63,249 nt of DNA, filler included, from Deltaproteobacteria bacterium (GCA_016202395.1; 3 parts of 3 records of this genome joined end to end with filler, not necessarily neighbours in it); one strand, 5' to 3'; numbered from the whole stretch's first letter, positions 38,826-48,348 are shown. A program made the numbers and translations. The notes: generated from the letters alone by a model not told the origin.

Positions 38826-41819
38826 ATGAGTAAAAAGTTCAAGGTCATATTTATACTTTTGATAACCGCTGGGATACAGGGACTGTACGGTTTCGAAGGG
38901 TTAAAACCGATCCCTTCGGACATTGAGATCATTCCATTACAAAGAGCTGTCCCAACCCCTTACAACTGGATTCGGAATGGTTCCTTTGAAAGCGCCTCTC
39001 TGGACCCCATCAATCTTACTCCGGACGGATGGGAGGTCTCTGAAGGCTTGGTTTCTCAAACGCAAGAAGACAACAAGGATGGGATCTTCTCAGTCTATGC
39101 ACCCGGTTTCTTCTCCCTATCTCAAGTCGTTGAAAATTTTAATGTGCTAAAAGGTGAAAAAGTTGCATTGGGTGCCTGGGTGAAATCCACTGAAGCAGGC
39201 CGAGTGAAGGTCAGCCTAGAAGATGGCGTATCCGATCCTGAGAAGGCTTCCATCTGGAATAGTGGATTAGACGAGTGGGAGTTCGTGACTGTTAAAATAG
39301 TCGTCGATCCTGAAGCCACACAGTTAATCGTAAGAATTGAAAATGATCCTCCTTCATCCGAGGGAGCCTACATCGATGGGGTCGTACTCTATCAACTGAC
39401 GAAAGACATTGCGTTCACGCCAAATCCATCCGACGATATCAAGATGCCGTCGAATTTAATCTACACAAATTTGACAACTCCATCGGTTGGGATCGGCAAA
39501 ATTCCCGAGGTGGGGATTTTAGATGTTGCCGGGGATGTGCATACCCAAGGGAAGGTTTACTCCCAAGGAACTGAGCTTCTGAATCAAACAAGTGCCGATG
39601 AGTTGTATGTTAACGTGACGGGTGACACCTTGGATGGGAATCTCACCGTGGGCGGAACCATTTCGGCTCAATCGGTTGTTTCCAGTGGAATTATAACATC
39701 GGGTGATGCCGAGGTTTTAACGACTTCCGGAGGGATCATTCGGGGAGATCTTGGTATCAATGGCAGCTTATTTTTTACAACGGATCCAGTAACGGGACAA
39801 CCCATTCCCTACCTCACTCAAACCGAAGCTGATCAAAATTACGTCAGCCTCAATGGTGACGACGTCATTAATGGTGACATTTACATTACAGGCAATGTTG
39901 GGATCGGCACAACAGCACCAACGGGAAACCTCCATCTGGCCAATGAAGCTGCGGGGGATCTCCTTATCCTCGAAAGAACCGACACAAACTATCCAGCCAA
40001 GTGGAAATTGGCTGTCTCTGCTAGTGCACAAGGAGATTTCGCGATCCTGGATGCAATGAATGACAACGTCAGACGATTTCTTATCGACAACCAAGGCCAT
40101 GTTGGTATTGGAACCAGCTACCCCGTTGATAAGCTCCACATCGTAAAGGATGAGGGACCTTCTGCCCCCTATGGGCTCGTTATTGAAAACCATGGGGCAG
40201 ATCCTGGTATCCAGTTTCGTCCTACCCAAGACCTGGCTACTGTCTACATGACAGGAACTGCCGAAGGGCAATTCTCCCTCGAAGCTACAGATAATATCAA
40301 CCTCCGAACCAATAACGCGAATCGCCTAAAAATCGATAGCTTAGGCTATGTTGGAATTGGAACGGAAAATCCAGCAACGATTCTGGATGTCTCTGGCCCG
40401 CTGAGATTTGGGGCCTATACCAAAGCCACTTTGCCACCTGCTGGGGTCCCAGGCCGTTTAGCTCGAGTCACAGACGAGGTGCGTGGCTTATGGATCGACC
40501 AAGGGGACAAATGGCATCCTCTCATGGGATCGGTGTATCCTCAGTGGTTTGGTGCCGTAGGAGATGGAGAACATGACGATACCTCTGCTATCAAAAGCGC
40601 ATTGAATGCAAGTCAATCGGTTGAGCTCCCTTGTGGAACCTACATAATTTCAGAACCCCTTACGATCCGCTCAGATCAGCAAATTCAAGGGAATGGACCT
40701 TGCAGCAGAATTAAAGCGGATGGTATCAGTTTATTCAAGGGTGGCCTACTGACGATATGGGGTGAAAATAAAGAAAATAAAAGTAGAATAAGCATTAAAA
40801 ACCTGGCACTTGATGGGAACAGGTCTAAATATGAGGACAGTGGTATTGATGCTGAAATAAATGGGATCCATCTTGGAGGTGCAGATCATGTCATCATTGA
40901 CACAGTGTGGATTGAAGATATACCTAGCGTAGCGGCTTATGGAAATGATAGTTCCTTTGGGGATGGGATCACTATCTCTGGAAAAGATAATGAGTATGCC
41001 ATTTATCATGTAACTATCAACGATGTCATCATCCGAGGGTTTAGCCGTAACGGCATCTCTCTCACCAACCCAAGTGGGGTGGCCATTTCTAACTTCGTGA
41101 TTGATAACAATGGCTACTCGGCTGATCCTGGGGTCGGCATTGACATTGAACCGGATGGGGAAGCTAGTGTTAAGGAAATTGCGATTTCCAATGGAACGAT
41201 TACCTACACTGAATATGGAATTGGCCTAATAGCAAAAGAAACTCCCGGCGATGGAAAACCCGAACCTCGCAATATCTCTCTGAGTAATATATCGGTCTTT
41301 GAAACAAACCACGCAGCTTTCAATATCCATGGGCTAGGCATATCGCTCAGCAACTGTACAACTATAAATACCAACAAAGTGGGAAATACTACAGGCGCTA
41401 TTCATATCACTGCAATCACAGGAGGAAGTGCTCCTCTTGTTCGCTCCGAGACCATCACTATAACAGGATGTTCTATCCGAAACTCGTATGGTCACGGGAT
41501 CAGCCTTGACGGCGTTGAAAACGTGACTTTGAGTGGCAACACAATCGATGGAAGTGCCAGTAGCGGAGTCAAGATACTATTTGATAAAAATTTTTCCAAT
41601 GAAAACATAACAATCAGTGGAAATACCATCACCCATAATAATGAAAGTGGGGTCGGGATTGAGCCGGATTCTGCAGAGAGTGTGTTGAAACATCTCACAG
41701 TTGTAGGAAATACAATAGTAAATGATCCAAATCAAGGAAAGGCGATCGTCGACAACGCCACATTCTCAGACAAGACGACATGGATATTTTCATCAAATAA
41801 TCTTTACCCATATCCATAG
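38826..41819 (+). CDS. secreted fibre/tailspike-like protein with C-terminal right-handed beta-helix
   Basis: SD GGAGG, signal-like N-terminus, CBM-like NGSFE domain, repeated GxVGIGT, FGAVGDGEHDDTSAI (pectate_lyase_3-type), repeated SGNTI beta-helix coils. Confidence 0.8.
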   Translation: MSKKFKVIFILLITAGIQGLYGFEGLKPIPSDIEIIPLQRAVPTPYNWIRNGSFESASLDPINLTPDGWEVSEGLVSQTQEDNKDGIFSVYAPGFFSLSQVVENFNVLKGEKVALGAWVKSTEAGRVKVSLEDGVSDPEKASIWNSGLDEWEFVTVKIVVDPEATQLIVRIENDPPSSEGAYIDGVVLYQLTKDIAFTPNPSDDIKMPSNLIYTNLTTPSVGIGKIPEVGILDVAGDVHTQGKVYSQGTELLNQTSADELYVNVTGDTLDGNLTVGGTISAQSVVSSGIITSGDAEVLTTSGGIIRGDLGINGSLFFTTDPVTGQPIPYLTQTEADQNYVSLNGDDVINGDIYITGNVGIGTTAPTGNLHLANEAAGDLLILERTDTNYPAKWKLAVSASAQGDFAILDAMNDNVRRFLIDNQGHVGIGTSYPVDKLHIVKDEGPSAPYGLVIENHGADPGIQFRPTQDLATVYMTGTAEGQFSLEATDNINLRTNNANRLKIDSLGYVGIGTENPATILDVSGPLRFGAYTKATLPPAGVPGRLARVTDEVRGLWIDQGDKWHPLMGSVYPQWFGAVGDGEHDDTSAIKSALNASQSVELPCGTYIISEPLTIRSDQQIQGNGPCSRIKADGISLFKGGLLTIWGENKENKSRISIKNLALDGNRSKYEDSGIDAEINGIHLGGADHVIIDTVWIEDIPSVAAYGNDSSFGDGITISGKDNEYAIYHVTINDVIIRGFSRNGISLTNPSGVAISNFVIDNNGYSADPGVGIDIEPDGEASVKEIAISNGTITYTEYGIGLIAKETPGDGKPEPRNISLSNISVFETNHAAFNIHGLGISLSNCTTINTNKVGNTTGAIHITAITGGSAPLVRSETITITGCSIRNSYGHGISLDGVENVTLSGNTIDGSASSGVKILFDKNFSNENITISGNTITHNNESGVGIEPDSAESVLKHLTVVGNTIVNDPNQGKAIVDNATFSDKTTWIFSSNNLYPYP

Positions 41820-41949
41820 GAGCGAACAAGAGTGTCGGGAGGGTCTTCAAAGACTCTTCCAAAAGATTCCGGAGCCTGAATTGATCCGCTCGATTGTTGT
41901 CATTGAACAGTATCGCATTCGTAAGCGCTTGCTGCCCATCCAAAATTGA
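41820..41949 (+). pseudogene. C-terminal remnant of DUF5615-like PIN protein
   Basis: frame reads ...LIRSIVVIEQYRIRKRLLPI*, no start or N-terminal half. Confidence 0.45.
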
Positions 41950-42008
41950 ATCTCTCAAAAACAAAATTCTCCAAAGTAACAAAGGCAAGGGGTCAGGCCG
42001 TTTGTTGA

Positions 42009-42347
42009 CTAGCACACGAAGTTTCTGTGAAGGTAATCGATTAAGGGAGGGAATTGAAATCGCCTGGCGTAAGCTTTTAGCTTTTTTCGGTCGAGTCGCC
42101 AGCGCCTCCCTCTTTTGGGAGGGAACCGAAGTGGTGATCTCGGAACTAATGCGAGGTACACCAAATCCAAGAATGCTTTCTCAGGCTCCGCGATAGGGTA
42201 AGATCCTAACCCGATTCTCTTCATCTCATAGCCCCATATCAGACGCTCTGGCAGATGGTGAAAGTGAAAAGCTCCCAGGGGAGTTTGGTAACGTTGATGT
42301 CCCTTTGCTGAAACAGCATAGAGGACTGCTGGAACTTCCTCGATCAC
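42009..42347 (-). pseudogene. AbiEi-like antitoxin, C-terminal fragment
   Basis: IAEPEKAFLDLVY present; N-terminal wHTH and PSYxS block missing. Confidence 0.7.
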
Positions 42348-42358
42348 ACCCTGATCCG

Positions 42359-42568
42359 CTAAAGCGCTATAAAGTGAAACGTCAGCCTTTCTTGAACCTT
42401 TTCCTTTAACTTTTCAAAGGGTTGAGGATCCTCGTACCATCGGATCATCTCTTCCGGCAAAAATGGCAAAACCTGTTCCTTGAAATCGGAACAGGAAAAT
42501 CTCTCCACCCGTGGCGATCGATGAAAAAACTCTCGTATTTCTAAAGATCGGTTTGTCATAACCCTCAT
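42359..42568 (-). pseudogene. possible toxin (AbiEii-like) C-terminal fragment
   Basis: FKEQVLPFLP-type helical tail next to the AbiEi fragment; no catalytic motifs. Confidence 0.35.
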
Positions 42569-42689
42569 ATGTCAAATAACTGACTCTTTTGTCAATTACT
42601 TGAATTATGAGGCACGATAGAAGTATTGGGGCCAACCCCTCTCAGTGGAAGCATCCATTCCGTCGATATCGGGGTCAAGGGCTTCTTCA

Positions 42690-43115
42690 TTACTCCTGTT
42701 TTATGATTTCACAGAGCCGTCTCGGAGTGACTATTTCGATGCCTTGGTGCGATCCTAAATCTAAGAGATCGCCATCGCCTGTAACGATGTAATCGGCTTT
42801 CCCAGCAATGGCAGTCGAGATGACTATGTTATCCTCAGGATCCCGTTCAATCACACTCAATGATGGAAGATCTCTCACCACCACAGAATACTTAGCGAGG
42901 TTTGAGAAAACCTTTTCCATCTGGCTTGAATTGAAGTGATATTTCTTTTTGATCCTGGGATAATTAAAAACCCTCTCCGCTTCTTCCAACATCGCAAGAG
43001 AAGTTACCAGAATCAACTCTCCTCCCTCCCACATCTTGGCAATCTTGTAGGAGAACCCTTTGGAGTGGATAGTACCGCTAATCAGGACATTGGTGTCGAC
43101 AACAACCCGAATCAC
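42690..43115 (-). CDS. PIN-domain toxin (TIGR00305-like)
   Basis: VVVDTNVLISG, RDPEDN, IVTGDGDLL. Confidence 0.9.
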   Translation of the reverse strand: MIRVVVDTNVLISGTIHSKGFSYKIAKMWEGGELILVTSLAMLEEAERVFNYPRIKKKYHFNSSQMEKVFSNLAKYSVVVRDLPSLSVIERDPEDNIVISTAIAGKADYIVTGDGDLLDLGSHQGIEIVTPRRLCEIIKQE

Positions 43116-43381
43116 TGTTTACGGACCGCTTTCAAGGCTTCCTCGACATCTGCCGCTACCTCCTCCTCGGAGTAGGATCGATTCTTCGACCGAATCTGGT
43201 CGAAGATCCCCATATCTTTCTCCCTCTGCTTCCGATAGTTTTCAAACTCCTCAACCGGCATTAGAACCGCCATCGATTTCTTCCCCCTTTTGATGATGTA
43301 CTCTTTCCCTTTATAGAAGACTTCCTCGAGAATCTCACCGAGATGCCCTCGGACTTCCAGTGCTGTGAGCGCCTTTACCAT
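43112..43381 (-). CDS. Phd/YefM-family antitoxin
   Basis: TALEVRGHLGEILEEV, IIKRGKKSMAVL; SD GGAGG; start ATG 43381. Confidence 0.88.
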   Translation of the reverse strand: MVKALTALEVRGHLGEILEEVFYKGKEYIIKRGKKSMAVLMPVEEFENYRKQREKDMGIFDQIRSKNRSYSEEEVAADVEEALKAVRKQ

Positions 43382-43406
43382 GAACTGCCTCCTTCTTTCT
43401 ACATCA

Positions 43407-43434
43407 ATTATAATGATTGTAATAATTATGTCAA
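43407..43434 (-). promoter_or_regulatory. sigma70 promoter of phd-PIN
   Basis: TTGACA-16 bp-TATAAT on minus strand. Confidence 0.7.
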
Positions 43435-43471
43435 TTAGAGAGAGTTCATTAGGTTTGAACAAGTTTTTAAA

Positions 43472-43493
43472 ATATGATACTATAATATCATAT
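43472..43493 (+). promoter_or_regulatory. palindromic operator over -10 and start codon of MNT-HEPN operon
   Basis: atatgata-ctataa-tatcatat; TATAAT 43481-43486 lies 5 nt before ATG 43492. Confidence 0.65.
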
Positions 43494-44082
43494 GGCTTTT
43501 TCGGGTAAATTCGTCGTAAGGATAGATCCTCAACTCCATGAGAGCTTGAAGGGGAAGGCCCAGAGAGATCAGGTTTCATTGAACCGTCTCTGTGCCACTC
43601 TGCTTCAAGAAGGTCTGGAGGGGACGTCCCAAATCCCAAGGAATGAATCTCGATGGGCCCCTCTGCTCCAACCGTGGGTGGATGCATTAAGGAAGCAGTT
43701 TAATGAAGACCTGATCGGCGTCGTTCTCTTCGGCTCTCGCATCCGAGGAGATGCAACTTCTACTTCCGATTTAGATCTATTGGTGATATTGTCAGACGAG
43801 ATCAAGATTGAACGTCGACACTACCACTGGTGGGATAGCCTGATGGCCTCGGAGGTCCCTTTTGAAATCAACCCCCACTTCGTCCATCTTCCAAAAGATG
43901 AGATGCGCTCCAATGGGATATGGTATGAAGTGGCCCTTCATTCTGAAATATTTTGGGAAAAGGATCGCATCGTTTCAAAAAAACTCGACCAACTGCGAGA
44001 GGTCATCGCTTCAAGCAAAATTCAACGTTTCTGGACGAATGGACACCCTTACTGGGTGAGGAGCAACCATGAAAAACACTGA
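43492..44082 (+). CDS. HicB-like RHH domain fused to minimal nucleotidyltransferase (MNT) antitoxin
   Basis: SGKFVVRIDPQLH...SLNRL; LFGSRIRGD...SDLDLLV. Confidence 0.85.
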   Translation: MAFSGKFVVRIDPQLHESLKGKAQRDQVSLNRLCATLLQEGLEGTSQIPRNESRWAPLLQPWVDALRKQFNEDLIGVVLFGSRIRGDATSTSDLDLLVILSDEIKIERRHYHWWDSLMASEVPFEINPHFVHLPKDEMRSNGIWYEVALHSEIFWEKDRIVSKKLDQLREVIASSKIQRFWTNGHPYWVRSNHEKH

Positions 44083-44479
44083 TCTTGTTACCGATTATAT
44101 CAACCGAGCTGGGCATCGACTGGAGGCGGTCCGGCTACTTTTTCAAAAGAACAGCTTTGCCGATGTGGTGCGCGAATCCCAAGAGGTTGTGGAGCTTTGT
44201 TTGAAGGCCCTTCTTCGAGCTTCGAATATCGAGGTGCCTCGCATTCACGATGTCAGCGCCATCCTTCAAGATCAAAAAAGCAGACTCCCCCAGGTCATTC
44301 AACCCCAGGTCGACCATTTAGCGAAGATCTCGAAAAGTCTGAGACGCGATCGCGAATTGGCCTTTTACGGAACCGAGGATTTAACCCCCTCCGATTTTTA
44401 CAATCAAGAGGATGCGCAAAAAGCGCTCGATGGAGCCTCCTCTGTCTACGATCTCTGCCAATCGGCCTTGGAAGATTGA
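44069..44479 (+). CDS. HEPN-domain protein (toxin)
   Basis: SQEVVELCLKALL, PRIHDV, RELAFYG; coupled to MNT. Confidence 0.88.
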   Translation: MKNTDLVTDYINRAGHRLEAVRLLFQKNSFADVVRESQEVVELCLKALLRASNIEVPRIHDVSAILQDQKSRLPQVIQPQVDHLAKISKSLRRDRELAFYGTEDLTPSDFYNQEDAQKALDGASSVYDLCQSALED

Positions 44480-44553
44480 ACCAGGGAGTTGCTAAGAAAA
44501 TTGGGTTCCTAAAGAAACAGGGTGGCCGCGGAGGAAATCTTGAACAGACATTC

Positions 44554-44736
44554 CTGGCTTTGCGCCGCTGGGCCGAGGCCGTCCGCCGATCGTTTTGAAA
44601 CCGTTCGTAAACGTGGAGATCCCTTAACGGAGAGGTGTGAAGTTTTATGCACAAGGCTCCAGGGTCTTGTTCTTAAAAGAAAAACCTCACAAAACGGTCA
44701 TAAAAAGCCACTCTAAAGTGTAAATAAAGTTGGCAA
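44554..44736 (+). repeat. 183-bp direct repeat, copy 2 (runs into gap)
   Basis: still encodes LALRRWAEAVRRSF* of glpK. Confidence 0.95.
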
Positions 44737-44836
44737 NNNNNNNNNNNNNNNNNNNNNNNNNNNNNNNNNNNNNNNNNNNNTTAATTAATTAANNNNNNNN
44801 NNNNNNNNNNNNNNNNNNNNNNNNNNNNNNNNNNNN
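44737..44836. other. artificial contig linker
   Basis: 100 nt of N with central TTAATTAATTAA. Confidence 0.97.
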
Positions 44837-44900
44837 GTCATGGGGCTTCCCCCAGGCGTGCTCCACAGTCCGCGCGCCTGGGGGTCCCCCGCCCCATGCC
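44837..44900. repeat. GC-rich palindromic element at contig start
   Basis: catggggc..cccccaggcg / cgcctggggg..gccccatg. Confidence 0.65.
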
Positions 44901-44966
44901 ACCCGCGAGGCCAAACAAGAAAAATATTGGTGAAGGTTGGAAAAGTTCAGAGCGGCTCCGATTTAC

Positions 44967-45068
44967 CGTCATCCCCGCGAAAGCGGGGATCCAGTTCTTT
45001 CGACAGGCATTCTCGTTCCCCGCTTTCGTGGGGACGAGGTCTGGATTCCCGCTTCTGCGGGAATGACG
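44967..45068. repeat. cluster of three REP-like units, same family as 28183-28306
   Basis: cgtcatccccgcgaaagcggggatccagttctt identical to 28182-28214; inverted unit at 45041-45068. Confidence 0.9.
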
Positions 45069-45069
45069 A

Positions 45070-45828
45070 ATGACGATGGAAAACATGATTTACATAGCGC
45101 CGTTGTTTTTTCTAACGGCCCTCGTTTACGCTACCGTGGGGTTTGGAGGGGGATCCACCTATCTTGCCCTGTTGGTTCTATTTAATTTCCCCTACGAATC
45201 GATGCCGAAGGTTGCTTTGCTTTGCAATGTCATCGTGGTGTGCGGAGGGCTGTATCACTATATTCGGGCAGGAGATTTCTCGATGCGGCAGGTTCTTCCT
45301 TTCGTTCTTTCCTCGGTTCCCATGGCCTATTTGGGTGGAAAGGTCCCCATTGAGAAAAAGTTATTTTTAGTATTGCTTGCGGTCTCTCTGGGGATTGCGG
45401 GGCTCCGGCTTCTTTGGATTCAAAAAGATTTCACTTCTCGAGAGAAGATTTCTTGGCAGACCGCGTGGTTTGTGGGGCTTCCTGTAGGAGGGGTATTGGG
45501 TTTTGTCTCTGGGTTGGTAGGGATTGGTGGAGGGATCTTTTTGTCCCCTCTTTTTTACCTGTTGGGTTGGGGGCAGGGTCGACAGATCGCCGCATCGGCC
45601 AGTTTTTTTATCTTGGTCAATTCTCTGGCTGGGCTGTTAGGGCAGTGGAGCAAGGCAGGCGTTGCGCTGGACTTGCCCGTTCTCCTCCCCTTGAGCTTTG
45701 CCGTTTTAGTCGGAGGACAGATCGGTTCGCGTTGGAGCGTGGGAGTTCTCTCATTGTCTGCGCTGCAAAGGATTACGGCTTTGTTGATCCTGTTTGTTGC
45801 GGGCAAGATTTTGTGGGGTTTTCTATGA
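45070..45828 (+). CDS. TSUP (TauE/SafE) family transporter
   Basis: GFGGGSTY, SGLVGIGGGIFLSP, GGQIGS; start may be 45076 or 45085. Confidence 0.9.
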   Translation: MTMENMIYIAPLFFLTALVYATVGFGGGSTYLALLVLFNFPYESMPKVALLCNVIVVCGGLYHYIRAGDFSMRQVLPFVLSSVPMAYLGGKVPIEKKLFLVLLAVSLGIAGLRLLWIQKDFTSREKISWQTAWFVGLPVGGVLGFVSGLVGIGGGIFLSPLFYLLGWGQGRQIAASASFFILVNSLAGLLGQWSKAGVALDLPVLLPLSFAVLVGGQIGSRWSVGVLSLSALQRITALLILFVAGKILWGFL

Positions 45829-47009
45829 GGACTGTTGAAGAGGCTCAAACGATCGTGACGAGCGAGATTCCGCGGGGGCCTGGACGGCGGATTCCTCTGC
45901 GCAAGGCCCTTGGGCGCGTTTTAGCCAAGGATGTTTTTTCTCCGATCGCTTCCCCTTCGTTCGATTCCTCCGCCATGGATGGCTACGCCGTTTGTGGAGA
46001 TTCGAAACAGCTCTCGGTGGTCGCGGAGATCGCTGCAGGAGATCGGTTTGAAAAGAGATTGCGTTCAGGGGAGGCGGCACGAATCATGACAGGCGCGATT
46101 ATTCCCACAGGGACCACCGGCGTCATTCCTCAAGAGGAGGTGGTTGCGGAGGACAGAAAAATCTTCCTCTCGCGCAAAATAGAGCGAGGGGAGAACATTC
46201 GCCGTTGTGGAGAAGAGTTGAAGAAAGGGGATCTAGCCCTCTCAACGGGGATTTTACTCAGTCCTGCCGCAGTCGGCTTCTTAGCCTCTTTGGGGATTCC
46301 AACCGTCGATGTGTGGGTTCCGCCTCGCATCGCCATCCTTTCGACAGGAAGTGAACTGGTTCGGCGTTCTTCTCTTTGGAGGGCTGGAAAGGTATTCGAG
46401 AGTAATTCTCTAACATTGACTTGCGCGCTTCAGGAGTTTTCGATCGATGCCAAGATGATAGCTCCTATCCCCGATGTTCGTTCTCGGTTGGAAAGGGCTA
46501 TCGCTAAGGCCCTTGAAGAAAACGATTTCCTATGGATTACTGGAGGGGTTTCTGTGGGGCGATTCGATTATGTGAGGCCAATTCTTGAAGATCTGGGTGT
46601 GGAGCCAATTTTTTGGAAAGTGGCTCAGAGGCCGGGCAAACCGCTCTTTTTTGGCCGGAAAGGGGATCGATTCATCTTCGGTTTGCCGGGCAATCCGGCC
46701 TCAAGCCTGGTTTGTTATTACGAGTACGCTCGTCCCGCTCTTCGTAGGTGGCTTGGATTTGAAGATCTTTATCTTGAGGAAGAGAAAGCCAGAATCACCG
46801 TTCCTCTTTTGTCCAAACCGCGGATCACACAGTTCATTCGGGGAGTGGCTTCACGCAATCATCGAGGGTTATCGGTTCGTCCCGCTGGGGATCAAGGGTC
46901 TCATCGAATGGGGACTTTTGCTCAGGCGAATTGTTTGGTTGTTTTGCCCTCTAGAAAAAGGGTGTATAAAAAAGGGGATTCGGTTTTGATTCATTGGATC
47001 CCCCGATAG
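45825..47009 (+). CDS. moeA: molybdopterin molybdotransferase
   Basis: SAMDGYA, IMTGA, STGSEL, TGGVSVG, GLPGNP; start ATG 45825. Confidence 0.96.
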   Translation: MRTVEEAQTIVTSEIPRGPGRRIPLRKALGRVLAKDVFSPIASPSFDSSAMDGYAVCGDSKQLSVVAEIAAGDRFEKRLRSGEAARIMTGAIIPTGTTGVIPQEEVVAEDRKIFLSRKIERGENIRRCGEELKKGDLALSTGILLSPAAVGFLASLGIPTVDVWVPPRIAILSTGSELVRRSSLWRAGKVFESNSLTLTCALQEFSIDAKMIAPIPDVRSRLERAIAKALEENDFLWITGGVSVGRFDYVRPILEDLGVEPIFWKVAQRPGKPLFFGRKGDRFIFGLPGNPASSLVCYYEYARPALRRWLGFEDLYLEEEKARITVPLLSKPRITQFIRGVASRNHRGLSVRPAGDQGSHRMGTFAQANCLVVLPSRKRVYKKGDSVLIHWIPR

Positions 47010-47018
47010 GAGAGAGCG

Positions 47019-47264
47019 ATGCAAATCACGGTCTACGCCTTTGCGACGCTTCGAGAAAGATTAAATCGTTCTAAAATCGCTTTAGAGGTTCCACAAGGGG
47101 TCTCGGTGGGCTCCCTCTGGGAATATTTAGGCATCGACTCCCAGGAGTCTTCCCGTTGGTCCAAGCAGGTTCTATTTGCAATCAACCGGGAGTACGTCTC
47201 TTCGGACACCCTTCTTCATGAGGGGGACGAAGTGGCCCTAATCCCCCCCGTTGCAGGAGGATAA
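47019..47264 (+). CDS. moaD: molybdopterin synthase sulfur carrier
   Basis: FATLRE...GDEVALIPPVAGG C-terminal GG. Confidence 0.95.
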   Translation: MQITVYAFATLRERLNRSKIALEVPQGVSVGSLWEYLGIDSQESSRWSKQVLFAINREYVSSDTLLHEGDEVALIPPVAGG

Positions 47265-47687
47265 ATGGATTCCGTTACGATTGTCTCAGAGCCGTTCGAT
47301 GCTCCGAAAGCGTTGGCGCAGATGCAACATGGGGATTGTTGTGGAGCGCAGGCCTCTTTTTTGGGGAGGGTGCGTGAGGAGAATAACGGGGAAAAAGTTC
47401 TTGGCATCGAGTATGAATGTTATGTGCCCATGGCTGGAGAAGAGGCTCATCGAATCCTTCAAGAGGCTAAAGGTTTGTGGCCGATTCACCGGGCGCACAT
47501 TTATCATCGGATAGGGAAGGTTTTAACGGGAGAGACCAGCCTTTTTGTGGGGGTGATGTCGCCGCATCGAGGTGAATCTTTCCAGGCGCTTCAATACATC
47601 GTGGAAGAGATCAAAAAGAGGCTCCCTATTTGGAAGAAGGAGATCCCACTTGCCCATAGGAGGATGGGGTCAGTTTTAAGTTTTTAA
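47265..47687 (+). CDS. moaE: molybdopterin synthase catalytic subunit
   Basis: GAQASFLGRVR, YECYVPMA, HRIG, PIWKKE. Confidence 0.95.
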   Translation: MDSVTIVSEPFDAPKALAQMQHGDCCGAQASFLGRVREENNGEKVLGIEYECYVPMAGEEAHRILQEAKGLWPIHRAHIYHRIGKVLTGETSLFVGVMSPHRGESFQALQYIVEEIKKRLPIWKKEIPLAHRRMGSVLSF

Positions 47688-47762
47688 GTAACGATTAGGA
47701 GGATGTGGTCAGCGTTACTTAAAAACTTAAAACTGACCCCATCCTCCTCGAGGGAGATTTCT

Positions 47763-48344
47763 GTGAACTCGAATAAAACCGCCGTCGTTTTAGCGGGAGG
47801 GAGAAGCCGTCGCTTTGGTCGCGATAAAGCTTGGGCTTTGTATGAAGGGAAAACTTTAATCGAGATCGTCATTGAAAGATTGAAATCGGCCCATTGCGAT
47901 GTTATTCTCTCCGGGTCGGATCCTCGTTTGAAACAACTCTCTTTTCCCGTGATTGAAGATGAACATCCCTTCGAGGGACCTCTTCAAGCTCTGAAGGGGA
48001 TTTGGGAGAAGACCTCGAATTCGAGGATTTTACTGGTCGCTTGCGACATGCCGTTCCTTTCGCCCGATGTCATTCAAACCCTTTGGACCACTGATTCCCA
48101 TTCGGATATCGTCCTTTTACAAGGAGAAGAAGGACCTTCCCCGCTCCCCGGCGTTTATGATCGAACCACTTATCCTTTTGTCACATCCTTGATCGAAAAG
48201 GGGCGAAAAGATTTGAAAGCGCTCTGGAACAGAGATTTGGCCGTTTCAGTAGTCACACGACAACTCCTTCACCGGTTAGATCCCCTCGGAAAATCCCTTT
48301 GGAATATTAATACTCCACAAGACCTTTCTTTCTTGGTAGAATAG
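47763..48344 (+). CDS. mobA: molybdenum cofactor guanylyltransferase
   Basis: VLAGGRSRRFGRDKA, ACDMPF, NINTPQD; start GTG 47763 or ATG 47703. Confidence 0.93.
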   Translation: MNSNKTAVVLAGGRSRRFGRDKAWALYEGKTLIEIVIERLKSAHCDVILSGSDPRLKQLSFPVIEDEHPFEGPLQALKGIWEKTSNSRILLVACDMPFLSPDVIQTLWTTDSHSDIVLLQGEEGPSPLPGVYDRTTYPFVTSLIEKGRKDLKALWNRDLAVSVVTRQLLHRLDPLGKSLWNINTPQDLSFLVE

Positions 48345-48348
48345 CCCC

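Noticed and set aside
44837-45069. Moco riboswitch ahead of the Moco genes
   Set aside because: The hairpins are explained by repeat families and no Moco motif was recognised; the region is also cut by the gap.
45414-45824. Apparent N-terminal extensions of MoeA (also ThrC from 17173, GlmU from 34165, Phd from 43687, fibre from 38661)
   Set aside because: ORF-caller over-extension; internal starts fit family N-termini, SD sites or coupling.
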